A stretch of DNA of 33,067 nt from positions 1-33,067 of the forward strand of contig JBHIDP010000003.1 in NCBI GenBank assembly GCA_046760185.1, given 5' to 3'. Position 1 is the first letter of the stretch; the number at the start of each line of letters is the position of its first letter. Of the stretch, positions 1-8,085 are shown one piece after another. The position numbers and the translations under genes were made by a program. The notes under the pieces are model-generated. The model saw only the letters and a program-made list of their open reading frames with translations. It was not told the origin of the DNA and did no database searches. The stretch comes from Anaerolineae bacterium. Its GTDB lineage: Bacteria; Chloroflexota; Anaerolineae; JBHIDP01.

Positions 1-78
1 GCCTATGAAAATGTGGGGATTGTTACCCCTGTGGATCTACTTCACTTTGGTCTAGATTGTAGGCGATCAAAGACCTGA
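1..78 (+). CDS. 3' end of a gene cut by the window edge, possibly a PIN-domain toxin-like protein
   Basis: Frame 1 reads AYENVGIVTPVDLLHFGLDCRRSKT*. YxxxxIVTPxxLL resembles the C-terminus of putative PIN-family toxins, but only 25 aa are visible. Confidence 0.3.
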   Translation, partial: AYENVGIVTPVDLLHFGLDCRRSKT

Positions 79-168
79 CAGGTTTCCAAAGGCGTTGTTT
101 TAAGCCAGATTCGACCTGACGAAGGGCGCATTTACGCCGAAAAGTGACCTGTGAAACCTGTCAGGTCT
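71..168. repeat. REP/REPIN-like inverted repeat pair
   Basis: Perfect 16-bp inverted repeat AGACCTGACAGGTTTC (71-86) / GAAACCTGTCAGGTCT (153-168) with a 66-bp spacer. Confidence 0.8.
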
Positions 169-212
169 GGAGCGAGGCCCGGAGATGTAGACCCTCTTGT
201 TCACATCCACCC

Positions 213-1832
213 CTATATCTCCCCCAGCACCACGTAGGCCACGTTAGTGGCGTGCGAGTTGATGCGCTTTAGGTCGTTGAGGACGTCGAGGTGGATGGCG
301 CTGGTGTCAATGCTGACCTTCAGACCCTTTCGCAGCCGTTGGATGTGGGCCTGTCGCAACTCTCGCTCCATCTGATTGATGTGCGCTTTTCGGTGTAACA
401 CTTTCTCCGCCAACTCCCTGTTCTGGGCCGCAAAGGCAGCCACGGCCAACTCCAGATTCTCCGACACCTTTCCGTGCAGCTTCTCGATCTCCGCCATCCC
501 ATCCTCGGAAAAGACATGCTTTCCTTCTATCTTCTTCCGGGCCAGCGAAGCCAGCAGACTCTTGCTGATGATGTCCCCGATATGTTCCATGTCGTTGATC
601 GCATAAAGCAGCCCGATCTCCTGGTGAGACAGCTCCTCCGGCAGGTTCTGTTCAGATAACTGGGTCAGGTAGCGCTTAATCTCCTCCTCCAACAGGTCCA
701 CCCGATCGTCCCGACGAATCACCTCCTCCAGCAGTGGCTCGTCATCGTTGCGTAAGACCAGAATGCTATCCCGTAGCATACCCTGGACGATGTCAGCCAT
801 GCGCAAAGCTTCACGTGTTGCCTGGCCGATAGCCAGGGCTGGTGAATCTAGCACGTGTTGATCAATGTACTTCGGTCGGAATACCTCCTCAATTTCCCGC
901 CGCTCAGGGACCATCTTGCGGATCGCCCAAGCAAAAGGTCTGGTGAAAGGTAGGATCAGGATGGCCAGACCCAGGTTAAAGAGGGTGTGGGCATTGGCAA
1001 TCTGGCGCGGCAGGTCTGAGCTAGTCAATTCGACAAAGTTGGCGAAGGGTTGCATGAAGGGGTACATGACCACCACCCCCACTACTTTGAAGAGGGCATG
1101 GGCGATGGCAACCCGCTGAGCGTCGGTGGTCGTGCCGATGCTTGACAGGAGAGCGGTAGCGCTGGTGCCAATATTGGCTCCGAAGATAATAGGAATTGCC
1201 AGGGAGAGGGGAATCAGACCCTGGGTAGAGAGAGCAATGGCCAGCCCAATCATGCCGGCACTGCTTTGGATGACAACAGTGACAATCCCGGAAAAGATCA
1301 GGGTCAGCAAAGGAGCAGCCGTCAGTTCCAACAGTATCTGCTGAAACAGAGGTATTTCCTTTAGAGGGGCCATCGAGTCAGCCAGAAGTTTCATGGCCAG
1401 GAAGACAAAACCAAAACCCAGAATGACCTGGCCGGTGTAGTTGTACTGTCTCTGTTTAGTGGCCAGCATCATCGGCACACCTATAGCAATGAGCAACACC
1501 GAGTACTGGACGATGTTGAAGGCGATCAATTGCACGGTGATGGTTGTGCCGATGTCGGCTCCCAGGATCACCCCCAGAGTCTGTTCTAACTCCAGGATTC
1601 CGGTGCTGACGAAACCGACCAGCATCACCGTAGTAGCGCTGCTGGACTGGAGGGTGGCTGTGACTAGGGCCCCGATCCCCATACCCCTGAGAGGGTTAGC
1701 TGTCAATCTACCCATAAGACGGCGCATACGGGCGCCGGCCGCCCTCTGCATCCCTCTACCAACGGTGTGCATGCCGTACAGCAGCAGGGATATCCCCCCC
1801 ACCAGGTTCAAAACCATGATGTTCGCATCCAT
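213..1832 (-). CDS. Na+/phosphate cotransporter family protein with C-terminal PhoU-like domains
   Basis: Duplicated QSSS...GADIGTT / QSSA...GANIGTS motifs, an IANAHTLFN motif and a helical C-terminus ending DLKRINSH. Start set at ATG 1832 because ATG 1838 directly abuts the predicted -10 box. Confidence 0.92.
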   Translation of the reverse strand: MDANIMVLNLVGGISLLLYGMHTVGRGMQRAAGARMRRLMGRLTANPLRGMGIGALVTATLQSSSATTVMLVGFVSTGILELEQTLGVILGADIGTTITVQLIAFNIVQYSVLLIAIGVPMMLATKQRQYNYTGQVILGFGFVFLAMKLLADSMAPLKEIPLFQQILLELTAAPLLTLIFSGIVTVVIQSSAGMIGLAIALSTQGLIPLSLAIPIIFGANIGTSATALLSSIGTTTDAQRVAIAHALFKVVGVVVMYPFMQPFANFVELTSSDLPRQIANAHTLFNLGLAILILPFTRPFAWAIRKMVPERREIEEVFRPKYIDQHVLDSPALAIGQATREALRMADIVQGMLRDSILVLRNDDEPLLEEVIRRDDRVDLLEEEIKRYLTQLSEQNLPEELSHQEIGLLYAINDMEHIGDIISKSLLASLARKKIEGKHVFSEDGMAEIEKLHGKVSENLELAVAAFAAQNRELAEKVLHRKAHINQMERELRQAHIQRLRKGLKVSIDTSAIHLDVLNDLKRINSHATNVAYVVLGEI

Positions 1833-1838
1833 AATCAT

Positions 1839-1867
1839 ATTTTACAATATGGGGGCCTGGATGACAA
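1839..1867 (-). promoter_or_regulatory. sigma70-type promoter of the Na/Pi cotransporter (probably leaderless)
   Basis: Minus strand TTGTCA-17 bp-TAAAAT. The predicted +1 falls on ATG 1832. Confidence 0.6.
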
Positions 1868-1877
1868 GTGGCCTGGT

Positions 1878-1906
1878 TAGACAACATTGGCGAAATGCGT
1901 TATAAT
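1878..1906 (+). promoter_or_regulatory. sigma70-type promoter of hisS
   Basis: TAGACA-17 bp-TATAAT, followed by RBS GGAGG at 1921-1925. Confidence 0.65.
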
Positions 1907-1931
1907 GAAAGTTGTTAGAAGGAGGTACATC

Positions 1932-3224
1932 TTGTACACAGCGCCCCGTGGTACCCAGGATATCCTGCCTGATGATCAGCCCTATTGGCGCTTCCTGAAG
2001 GAACGGTTGCACCGCCTGGCTGCTATCTACGGCTACCAGCAACTTGATACCCCCATCTTCGAGGAGACATCCCTCTTCGAGCGCGGGGTGGGGGAAGGGA
2101 CAGACATCGTTGACAAGCAGATGTACTCCTTTGAAGACAAGGGGGGAAGCGAGATTACCCTGCGCCCGGAATGGACGGCCTCAGTGGTGCGGGCCTATTT
2201 GGAGCATGGCATGCACGTCCTGCCACAACCGGTCAGGCTCTACTCCATCGGGCCTGTCTTTCGCTACGAACGACCTCAGGCCGGGCGCTACCGTCAGCAC
2301 ACCCAGTTCAACATCGAGGCCATCGGCGAACAGGACCCGGCCGTTGATTTGGAACTGATGTCAGTGGCCTGGCATCTGTACGATGACCTGGGATTCACGG
2401 GGCTTTCCTTCCAACTTAACAGCACCGGCTGCCCGCGCTGTCGTTCAGACTACCTCAAAGTCTTGATCGCCTACTACAACCAACACGTAGGGGAAATCTG
2501 CCAGGATTGCCGACGACGGTTGGAACGAAACCCTCTCAGGCTCCTGGACTGCAAACAGGACAATTGTCAACCGATCATCGCCGCCGCGCCTCAGATCGGG
2601 GAATATCTCTGCGCCGAATGTGATGAACACTTTGCTGCCCTTCGCCGATACCTGGACCTATTGGACCGCCCCTATACCATCAACCATCGCCTGGTGCGGG
2701 GTATTGACTACTACACAAAGACGGTATTCGAGGTCTGGTCGGAGGGGATTGGAGCCCAAAACGCCCTCTGCGGCGGCGGCCGCTACGATGGTCTGGCCGA
2801 GGTGTTGGGAGGCCCATCCACTCCCGGCATCGGGTTTGCGGCTGGCCTGGAACGTATCATCATGACCATGAAGGAGCAGAACATAGAACCACCTCCCCTG
2901 GACAGCCCCGTAGTCTTTGTGGCCTATCGCGGAAAGGAAGCAAAGGAGATGGCCGTCCAGCTTCTGACCCAATTGCGAGCGGCCGGCCTCGGTGCTACCT
3001 GTGCCTTTGGCGAGCGCAGTTTGAAGGCCCAGTTGCGACAGGCCGACAAGAAAGGGGCTGTTTTCACCCTGATCCTCGGGGAACAAGAGGTGCAGACCGG
3101 ACAGGTGACCGTGCGCTCCATGGCTCGTGGTGAACAGGAATTGGTCGAGCGGGGAAAGCTGGTGGAGTGGTTAACGTCGCACCTTTCTCATCCGACGCCC
3201 GAGGGAGTAACCTCCCCAGGCTAG
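1932..3224 (+). CDS. hisS: Histidyl-tRNA synthetase
   Basis: Motifs PRGTQD, LRPEWTA, FRYERPQAGRYRQ, LVRGIDYYTKTVFE, GGGRYDGL and GFAAGLER, plus an anticodon-binding C-domain. TTG start at 1932 follows GGAGG. Confidence 0.97.
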   Translation: MYTAPRGTQDILPDDQPYWRFLKERLHRLAAIYGYQQLDTPIFEETSLFERGVGEGTDIVDKQMYSFEDKGGSEITLRPEWTASVVRAYLEHGMHVLPQPVRLYSIGPVFRYERPQAGRYRQHTQFNIEAIGEQDPAVDLELMSVAWHLYDDLGFTGLSFQLNSTGCPRCRSDYLKVLIAYYNQHVGEICQDCRRRLERNPLRLLDCKQDNCQPIIAAAPQIGEYLCAECDEHFAALRRYLDLLDRPYTINHRLVRGIDYYTKTVFEVWSEGIGAQNALCGGGRYDGLAEVLGGPSTPGIGFAAGLERIIMTMKEQNIEPPPLDSPVVFVAYRGKEAKEMAVQLLTQLRAAGLGATCAFGERSLKAQLRQADKKGAVFTLILGEQEVQTGQVTVRSMARGEQELVERGKLVEWLTSHLSHPTPEGVTSPG

Positions 3225-5561
3225 CAGACCGAGCCCGGTCGCCAGGCTGATTCCCAGGCCAATGCGCCAGGAGAGGGGACTGTAGGTGAGGCGCACGCGG
3301 TGAGAACCAGGAGGGAGACGCAAAGCCCGGAAAAGGTAGTTGGCTCGCAGCACCGGGGTTGGCTGGTTGTCCACGTATGCTTGCCATCCTGGATAGTAGA
3401 CCTCACTGAGGAAGAGATACCCTTCCGCTGCCGTTTCTGCGGTCAGAACGATGTCGTTTACTGAGTAGCTGACAAAGCTGACCAATGCCGGGTGCGAAGG
3501 GACCGCAGCCAGGGGCTCTCCCTCCTCTAGGATAACGGTCGTTCCCGGATTGAAATCCGGCTGTTGGATGGCGGTCAGAGCCTCCTCGTGGCTGGCTACA
3601 ATCTGGGCGTTGTAAACCATGAAAGCCCGGGAGAGGGCCCTGGTATTGAGGTAGATGTTCACCCCAGGATCCTCATCGAAGACAGGTATCAGTTTGCCCT
3701 CCAGCCCCAGGTCTTTGGAGCCGATCACATACTTAGCGTTCAGCAGATCGTAGAGAGGAGAGGAACGGCCTCCCATACTAGCCAGGTAGCGAGTGTAGTC
3801 AGCCAACAGCAGGGGATTGTAGACTCCACCCACATCGAAGAGGCGGTAGAGGAGGCTGCTGTTCGGCTGCCAGACATGCCAGACCTCCATAGGGGTCTCA
3901 ACGCGGTAAAGGCTTCTGTCCTCTTGCAAAAAAGCGATGGCTGCCTGGTGGTCGAAGGTGCGGCTTGGATCAGTTGTCCCTACGTCAAGGTTGCTCCCCA
4001 GACTGGCCAGGTCAAGGAAGATGAAACCTACGGCTAAGTAAGCCAGTGTGCGCCGTCCTACCCAATGGTGCCGTCGGGCCCAGAGAAACATCAGGCACCC
4101 AGCCAGGAGCAGGAGGAAGAAGAGGAGCCCGTTGAAGGCGTTGGCCACCCGCTGAAAGATGCCCGGATCCTTGTCCTGGCTGAGGAGAAGGGCGGTGTAC
4201 AAAGGTGGCACCGTCAGCAAGGTCGTGGCCAAAAGGGCCCAGGGAGCAAGACGGACCAACCGGCCGAAGGCGCGGCGCTGCGACAGGGGAATGGGGCGCA
4301 ACAAGGCCTGCAGGCCGAAAGCGGCCAGGGCTGCCAGGGCGAAGTCAGTGAGGTAGACAAAACGGGCCGGGGCACGCATCTGGTGGAAGCCAGGAACCAG
4401 TTGGTACAGCCAGCCGTAGAGCACAGAGTAACCTCCCAGGGCCAGGAGCAAGGAGAGAAGAGCCAGGCCGATGAAGAACCGGGAAAGATCATCGCGTCGC
4501 AACCAGGCCCCAAACCCGGCCAGGAGGAGGGGCAGGATACCGATGTAGCCCACCTCGACCCGATCCCAGGGGTCCCAGTGTTCAGCCGGGCCACGGCCAA
4601 GGAGGGCCGGTACCAACAGGCCCACCAGTTGTCCAGGGGCCAGAGAGAATCTGCTGGCCTCTTCATAGCTGAACTCGGCCCGTTGGGAGAGGGCCGAAAA
4701 TTCGTATCCAGGGATCAGAACTATAGCCGCTATGCCCACGGCCAGGGCCAGAGCCAGGGTCAAGAGGGCCACGTACTGAATGACGGTGCGCCACCCTGTG
4801 CGGGTCAGGTAGACCCGGTACAGGGTGTAAATGCCCAACAGAAAGGCCATGTACAGAAAGGGCTGGATGTGGCCAGCCAGGACAGCCAGCCCCAGGCAGA
4901 TACCGGCCCCGGCCGCTGGAGCAGGGCGTTTGCTGATCACGGCCCGGTGAAAAAAGAGGAAGACAAGGGGTAGCCAGGCAGCTACAACATTCAGGTTCAG
5001 ATTGCCCAGATGGGTGATAAAGAAATCGGAGAACATGAAAGCGGTGGCTCCGGCCAGGGCGGCCGGGCGACTCAGGGATAGGCGAACTTCTTCCCCAGCG
5101 GGGCCCAAATTCCGCAAGAGGAGATACATGAACAGCCCGGCCAGGAAGATTGGCACGACGACCATAAGTTGCAGGGTGCGGTAGGTTATCTGAGGGGCAA
5201 GAAGGAAGATAGCCAGGTTCAGGGGATAGAAGAGGCCCGACTGGATGTCGCCAGCGAAGGGGACGCCCCCGTAGAGGTGGGGATTCCACAGGGGAATGAT
5301 ACCTTGCCGGAAATTGGTGGCGGCAAAATGGTAGACCGGGTAGAGCAAGGAGACCATATCACCGCCTCCGGCCGGCATCCATACGTTGTCGGAAAAGAGG
5401 ACGCGCCAGAAGAATCCTGTGGTCAGAAGGGCCAAAAGACCAACGGCGGCCACATCACGCTGGTAGGGGTGAGCGATAAAGGCTCGTCTGTAGCTGACGC
5501 CGGTGACTACGTAGACTGCCAGCCATAAGCTAGCCAGGGCTAGCCATGCGCCTAAACTCAA
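3171..5561 (-). CDS. YfhO-family multi-pass membrane protein (putative GT-C-type glycosyltransferase)
   Basis: PLWNPHLYGGVPF...FYPL motif, RAPARF, many TM segments and a C-terminal YYPGWQAYVD...ANYLFRAL. TTG start at 5561 follows GAGGAG. Confidence 0.85.
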   Translation of the reverse strand: MSLGAWLALASLWLAVYVVTGVSYRRAFIAHPYQRDVAAVGLLALLTTGFFWRVLFSDNVWMPAGGGDMVSLLYPVYHFAATNFRQGIIPLWNPHLYGGVPFAGDIQSGLFYPLNLAIFLLAPQITYRTLQLMVVVPIFLAGLFMYLLLRNLGPAGEEVRLSLSRPAALAGATAFMFSDFFITHLGNLNLNVVAAWLPLVFLFFHRAVISKRPAPAAGAGICLGLAVLAGHIQPFLYMAFLLGIYTLYRVYLTRTGWRTVIQYVALLTLALALAVGIAAIVLIPGYEFSALSQRAEFSYEEASRFSLAPGQLVGLLVPALLGRGPAEHWDPWDRVEVGYIGILPLLLAGFGAWLRRDDLSRFFIGLALLSLLLALGGYSVLYGWLYQLVPGFHQMRAPARFVYLTDFALAALAAFGLQALLRPIPLSQRRAFGRLVRLAPWALLATTLLTVPPLYTALLLSQDKDPGIFQRVANAFNGLLFFLLLLAGCLMFLWARRHHWVGRRTLAYLAVGFIFLDLASLGSNLDVGTTDPSRTFDHQAAIAFLQEDRSLYRVETPMEVWHVWQPNSSLLYRLFDVGGVYNPLLLADYTRYLASMGGRSSPLYDLLNAKYVIGSKDLGLEGKLIPVFDEDPGVNIYLNTRALSRAFMVYNAQIVASHEEALTAIQQPDFNPGTTVILEEGEPLAAVPSHPALVSFVSYSVNDIVLTAETAAEGYLFLSEVYYPGWQAYVDNQPTPVLRANYLFRALRLPPGSHRVRLTYSPLSWRIGLGISLATGLGLLAWGGYSLGRRMRKVRR

Positions 5562-5615
5562 GACAACGTCTCCTCGCTGGTTTTTTCGGTGACGGTGAGG
5601 CTCTGAACGAGGGGC

Positions 5616-5644
5616 ATTATAGCATAGTTTGAGATAGGCAGCAA
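5616..5644 (-). promoter_or_regulatory. sigma70-type promoter with extended -10 for the YfhO-like gene
   Basis: Minus strand TTGCTG-17 bp-TATAAT with TGn directly before the -10. Confidence 0.55.
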
Positions 5645-5696
5645 TGACTGTCCTCCCACTCTCCACATCCGTCACCATTGTCCGCAGGCGTGAAGT

Positions 5697-6518
5697 ATGA
5701 AACGAATTGGGCTACTTTTCCATCCCATGATCGAGGAGAGCCAGGAGTTGGCCCGAAAACTAGCCGACACCCTGGAAGGATTAAAGGTCTCAGCCTGGGT
5801 GGTGTCAGCCTGGAAGGAAGATGAAATTCGGCAGCGTGCTGGCGACCTGGACCTCTTGATCACCCTGGGAGGTGATGGTACCATCTTGCGGGCGGCACGG
5901 GCTGGTGTGCCCCACGCAGTGCCTATCCTGTCCGTCAACTTTGGTCGCCTGGGCTTCCTGGCTGAGTGCAACCCAGATGAGGTGGAGGGGATACTCCCTG
6001 ACCTCCTGGCTGGGCACTTTTGGCTGGAGGAACGGATGATGCTCCACGCCGAGCATCGCCGGGGGGGGGAGAAGATAGGTATCTACGAAGCCCTCAACGA
6101 TGTGGTGGTAAGCCGAGGCGCGCTCCCACGGCTGTTGCGCCTGGAGATGAGCGTGGACGGCGTGCCCACCATGACCTATTTTGCCGACGGACTTATCGTG
6201 GCCACGCCCACAGCCTCTACCGCCTACTCCCTGGCTGCCGGTGGTCCCGTCGTGGCCCCGGAACTGAGGACTATCCTTGTCACTCCCATCGCCGCGCACC
6301 TGACTACTATCCAGTCCATGGTGCTGCCTTCTAAAGCGGAAGTGACCATCTGTCCCCATACCAATCACTCTGGCCTATTGACCATTGATGGTCAGATTGA
6401 TGTGGAGGTTCAAGATTCTGATCAGATCTCGGTCACAGCCAGCGAGCACATCTGTCGCTTCGTGAGGAGGCAATCAGCGAGCTACTTCTACCGCACTTTG
6501 GGAGAGAGGTTGAGATGA
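5697..6518 (+). CDS. nadK: NAD(+) kinase
   Basis: GGDGT motif, GRLGFL, ALND and ADGLIVATPTASTAYSLAAGGP. Confidence 0.95.
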   Translation: MKRIGLLFHPMIEESQELARKLADTLEGLKVSAWVVSAWKEDEIRQRAGDLDLLITLGGDGTILRAARAGVPHAVPILSVNFGRLGFLAECNPDEVEGILPDLLAGHFWLEERMMLHAEHRRGGEKIGIYEALNDVVVSRGALPRLLRLEMSVDGVPTMTYFADGLIVATPTASTAYSLAAGGPVVAPELRTILVTPIAAHLTTIQSMVLPSKAEVTICPHTNHSGLLTIDGQIDVEVQDSDQISVTASEHICRFVRRQSASYFYRTLGERLR

Positions 6519-7078
6519 GCGAGGCCGTGGGGTCCCCCGCCCCCAGTGAAGAGATGATGTACTGCGCCAACCACCCAGAGCGCGAGACGTTGCTGCGCTG
6601 TAACAAGTGTGGCAAGCCAATCTGTGTCGAGTGCGGGATACGCCACCCGGTGGGGGTGCGCTGTCGGGAATGTACTCAGGTTCGCAAATTACCGATATAC
6701 GATGTATCCCTGGCTGAGTATGTTCTGGCTGGCCTGGTTGGGCTGGGGGTGGCGACCGTGGCTGGCTTCGCTATGTCCTTCCTTGGCGGTTGGTGGTTGC
6801 TGGCTCTGTTCATCGGCCCCGTAATTGGCGGTTTCATCGCCGAGGTCATGAGCCGCACCATCAAGCTTAAGCGAGGGCTGGGGTTGCAGGTGCTGGCCGC
6901 AATCTGTATAGTGGTGGGGGCCCTGCTCAGTCGCCTTCTGCCTTTTCTGATCGTCTCCCCAGCGCATGTGCTGAGTCTGATACTGAACGAGCCGGGCAGT
7001 TTGCTGATGCTGTTTGCGCCCGTAAATGTGATATACGTGGTATTTGCGGTAAGTGGCGCCGTCGCTCGGCTGCGATAA
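6515..7078 (+). CDS. B-box-like zinc-finger membrane protein
   Basis: N-terminal CANHP..CNKCGKPICVEC..PVGVRCREC followed by about four TM helices. ATGA overlap with the nadK stop. Confidence 0.8.
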   Translation: MSEAVGSPAPSEEMMYCANHPERETLLRCNKCGKPICVECGIRHPVGVRCRECTQVRKLPIYDVSLAEYVLAGLVGLGVATVAGFAMSFLGGWWLLALFIGPVIGGFIAEVMSRTIKLKRGLGLQVLAAICIVVGALLSRLLPFLIVSPAHVLSLILNEPGSLLMLFAPVNVIYVVFAVSGAVARLR

Positions 7079-7086
7079 AGGAGATA

Positions 7087-8085
7087 GTGAGGCATAGTGA
7101 TCCATTGAAGACCCGTCAATTGCTGGTAGGGACAGTGGTTAGCCTGTCGCTACTCCTCTTCTTGATCAAGAAGGTTGACTTTGAACAGCTATTTTCCCAC
7201 CTTGGCTCTGTGGATTTGCACTATTTCGTCCTGGCAGTCCTCCTTATCTTTGTCGTTCATCTGCAGCGCACCGCCAGATGGAAATACCTGCTCCACCACG
7301 ACAAGGACATCGGTCTCAAAACCTTGTTTGTGCCCTTGATGATTGGAAACTCCATGAATCTCATCATCCCCGCCAAAGGGGGAGAGTTGACCCGGGCCTA
7401 CGTTCTCGGCCAGAAAGAGAACCTTAGCAAAAGTTATCTGCTGGCCACCATCATGCTGGAAAAGGGGTTGGACCTGTTCACCCTCCTGGCTTTCCTGGCT
7501 GCTCTCTCGCTGATCTTCCCCCTGCCGGCCTGGGGCAGGGAATTGGCCTGGTTATCGAGCCTGGTCTTTGTGACTATGGTCTCTTTCCTTCTCCTGGCAG
7601 TCTTCAAGAGGGAGAGGTTCCTAGATGCCACCAGAGCGCTCCTTGGACCCTTTCCGATCAGGATCAAGACGAAGGTCGTTGGTTTGACCCAGACCTTTAT
7701 GGCCGGGCTGACGGTCCTGCACTGCACTAGAGACTATGTCATCGCTGCAGCCTCCTCGATCGTCATCTGGTTGACCTACGGAGCAATGCTTTTTTCCCTC
7801 AGCCAGGCTATGGATATCCATCTGCCGCCCTACGGTAGCCTGTTTCTGGCTGCTGTATTGCAGTTAACTGCTGTCGTGCCCTCCCTGCCTTGGTATGCCG
7901 GAACGTACGAAGCGGCCCTGGTTGGTGGCCTGACTCTGTTCCAGGAGGGATACGCCTCAGCCTTGGTCCTGGCCCTACTGCTGCGAACTGCTCAACTCTT
8001 CCCGGTCGGTCTGGGCTTTCTTTTCGCCATGAGGGAAAGCTTTCGGTTGACCACAGATCTAGATCATATGTCTGATGTTATGTGA
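7087..8085 (+). CDS. Lysylphosphatidylglycerol synthase TM-domain / UPF0104 flippase-like protein
   Basis: RW motif, N..IPAKGGEL.R, EK.LD and P.LP..AG.YE in a polytopic membrane protein. GTG start follows AAGGAG. Confidence 0.85.
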   Translation: MRHSDPLKTRQLLVGTVVSLSLLLFLIKKVDFEQLFSHLGSVDLHYFVLAVLLIFVVHLQRTARWKYLLHHDKDIGLKTLFVPLMIGNSMNLIIPAKGGELTRAYVLGQKENLSKSYLLATIMLEKGLDLFTLLAFLAALSLIFPLPAWGRELAWLSSLVFVTMVSFLLLAVFKRERFLDATRALLGPFPIRIKTKVVGLTQTFMAGLTVLHCTRDYVIAAASSIVIWLTYGAMLFSLSQAMDIHLPPYGSLFLAAVLQLTAVVPSLPWYAGTYEAALVGGLTLFQEGYASALVLALLLRTAQLFPVGLGFLFAMRESFRLTTDLDHMSDVM

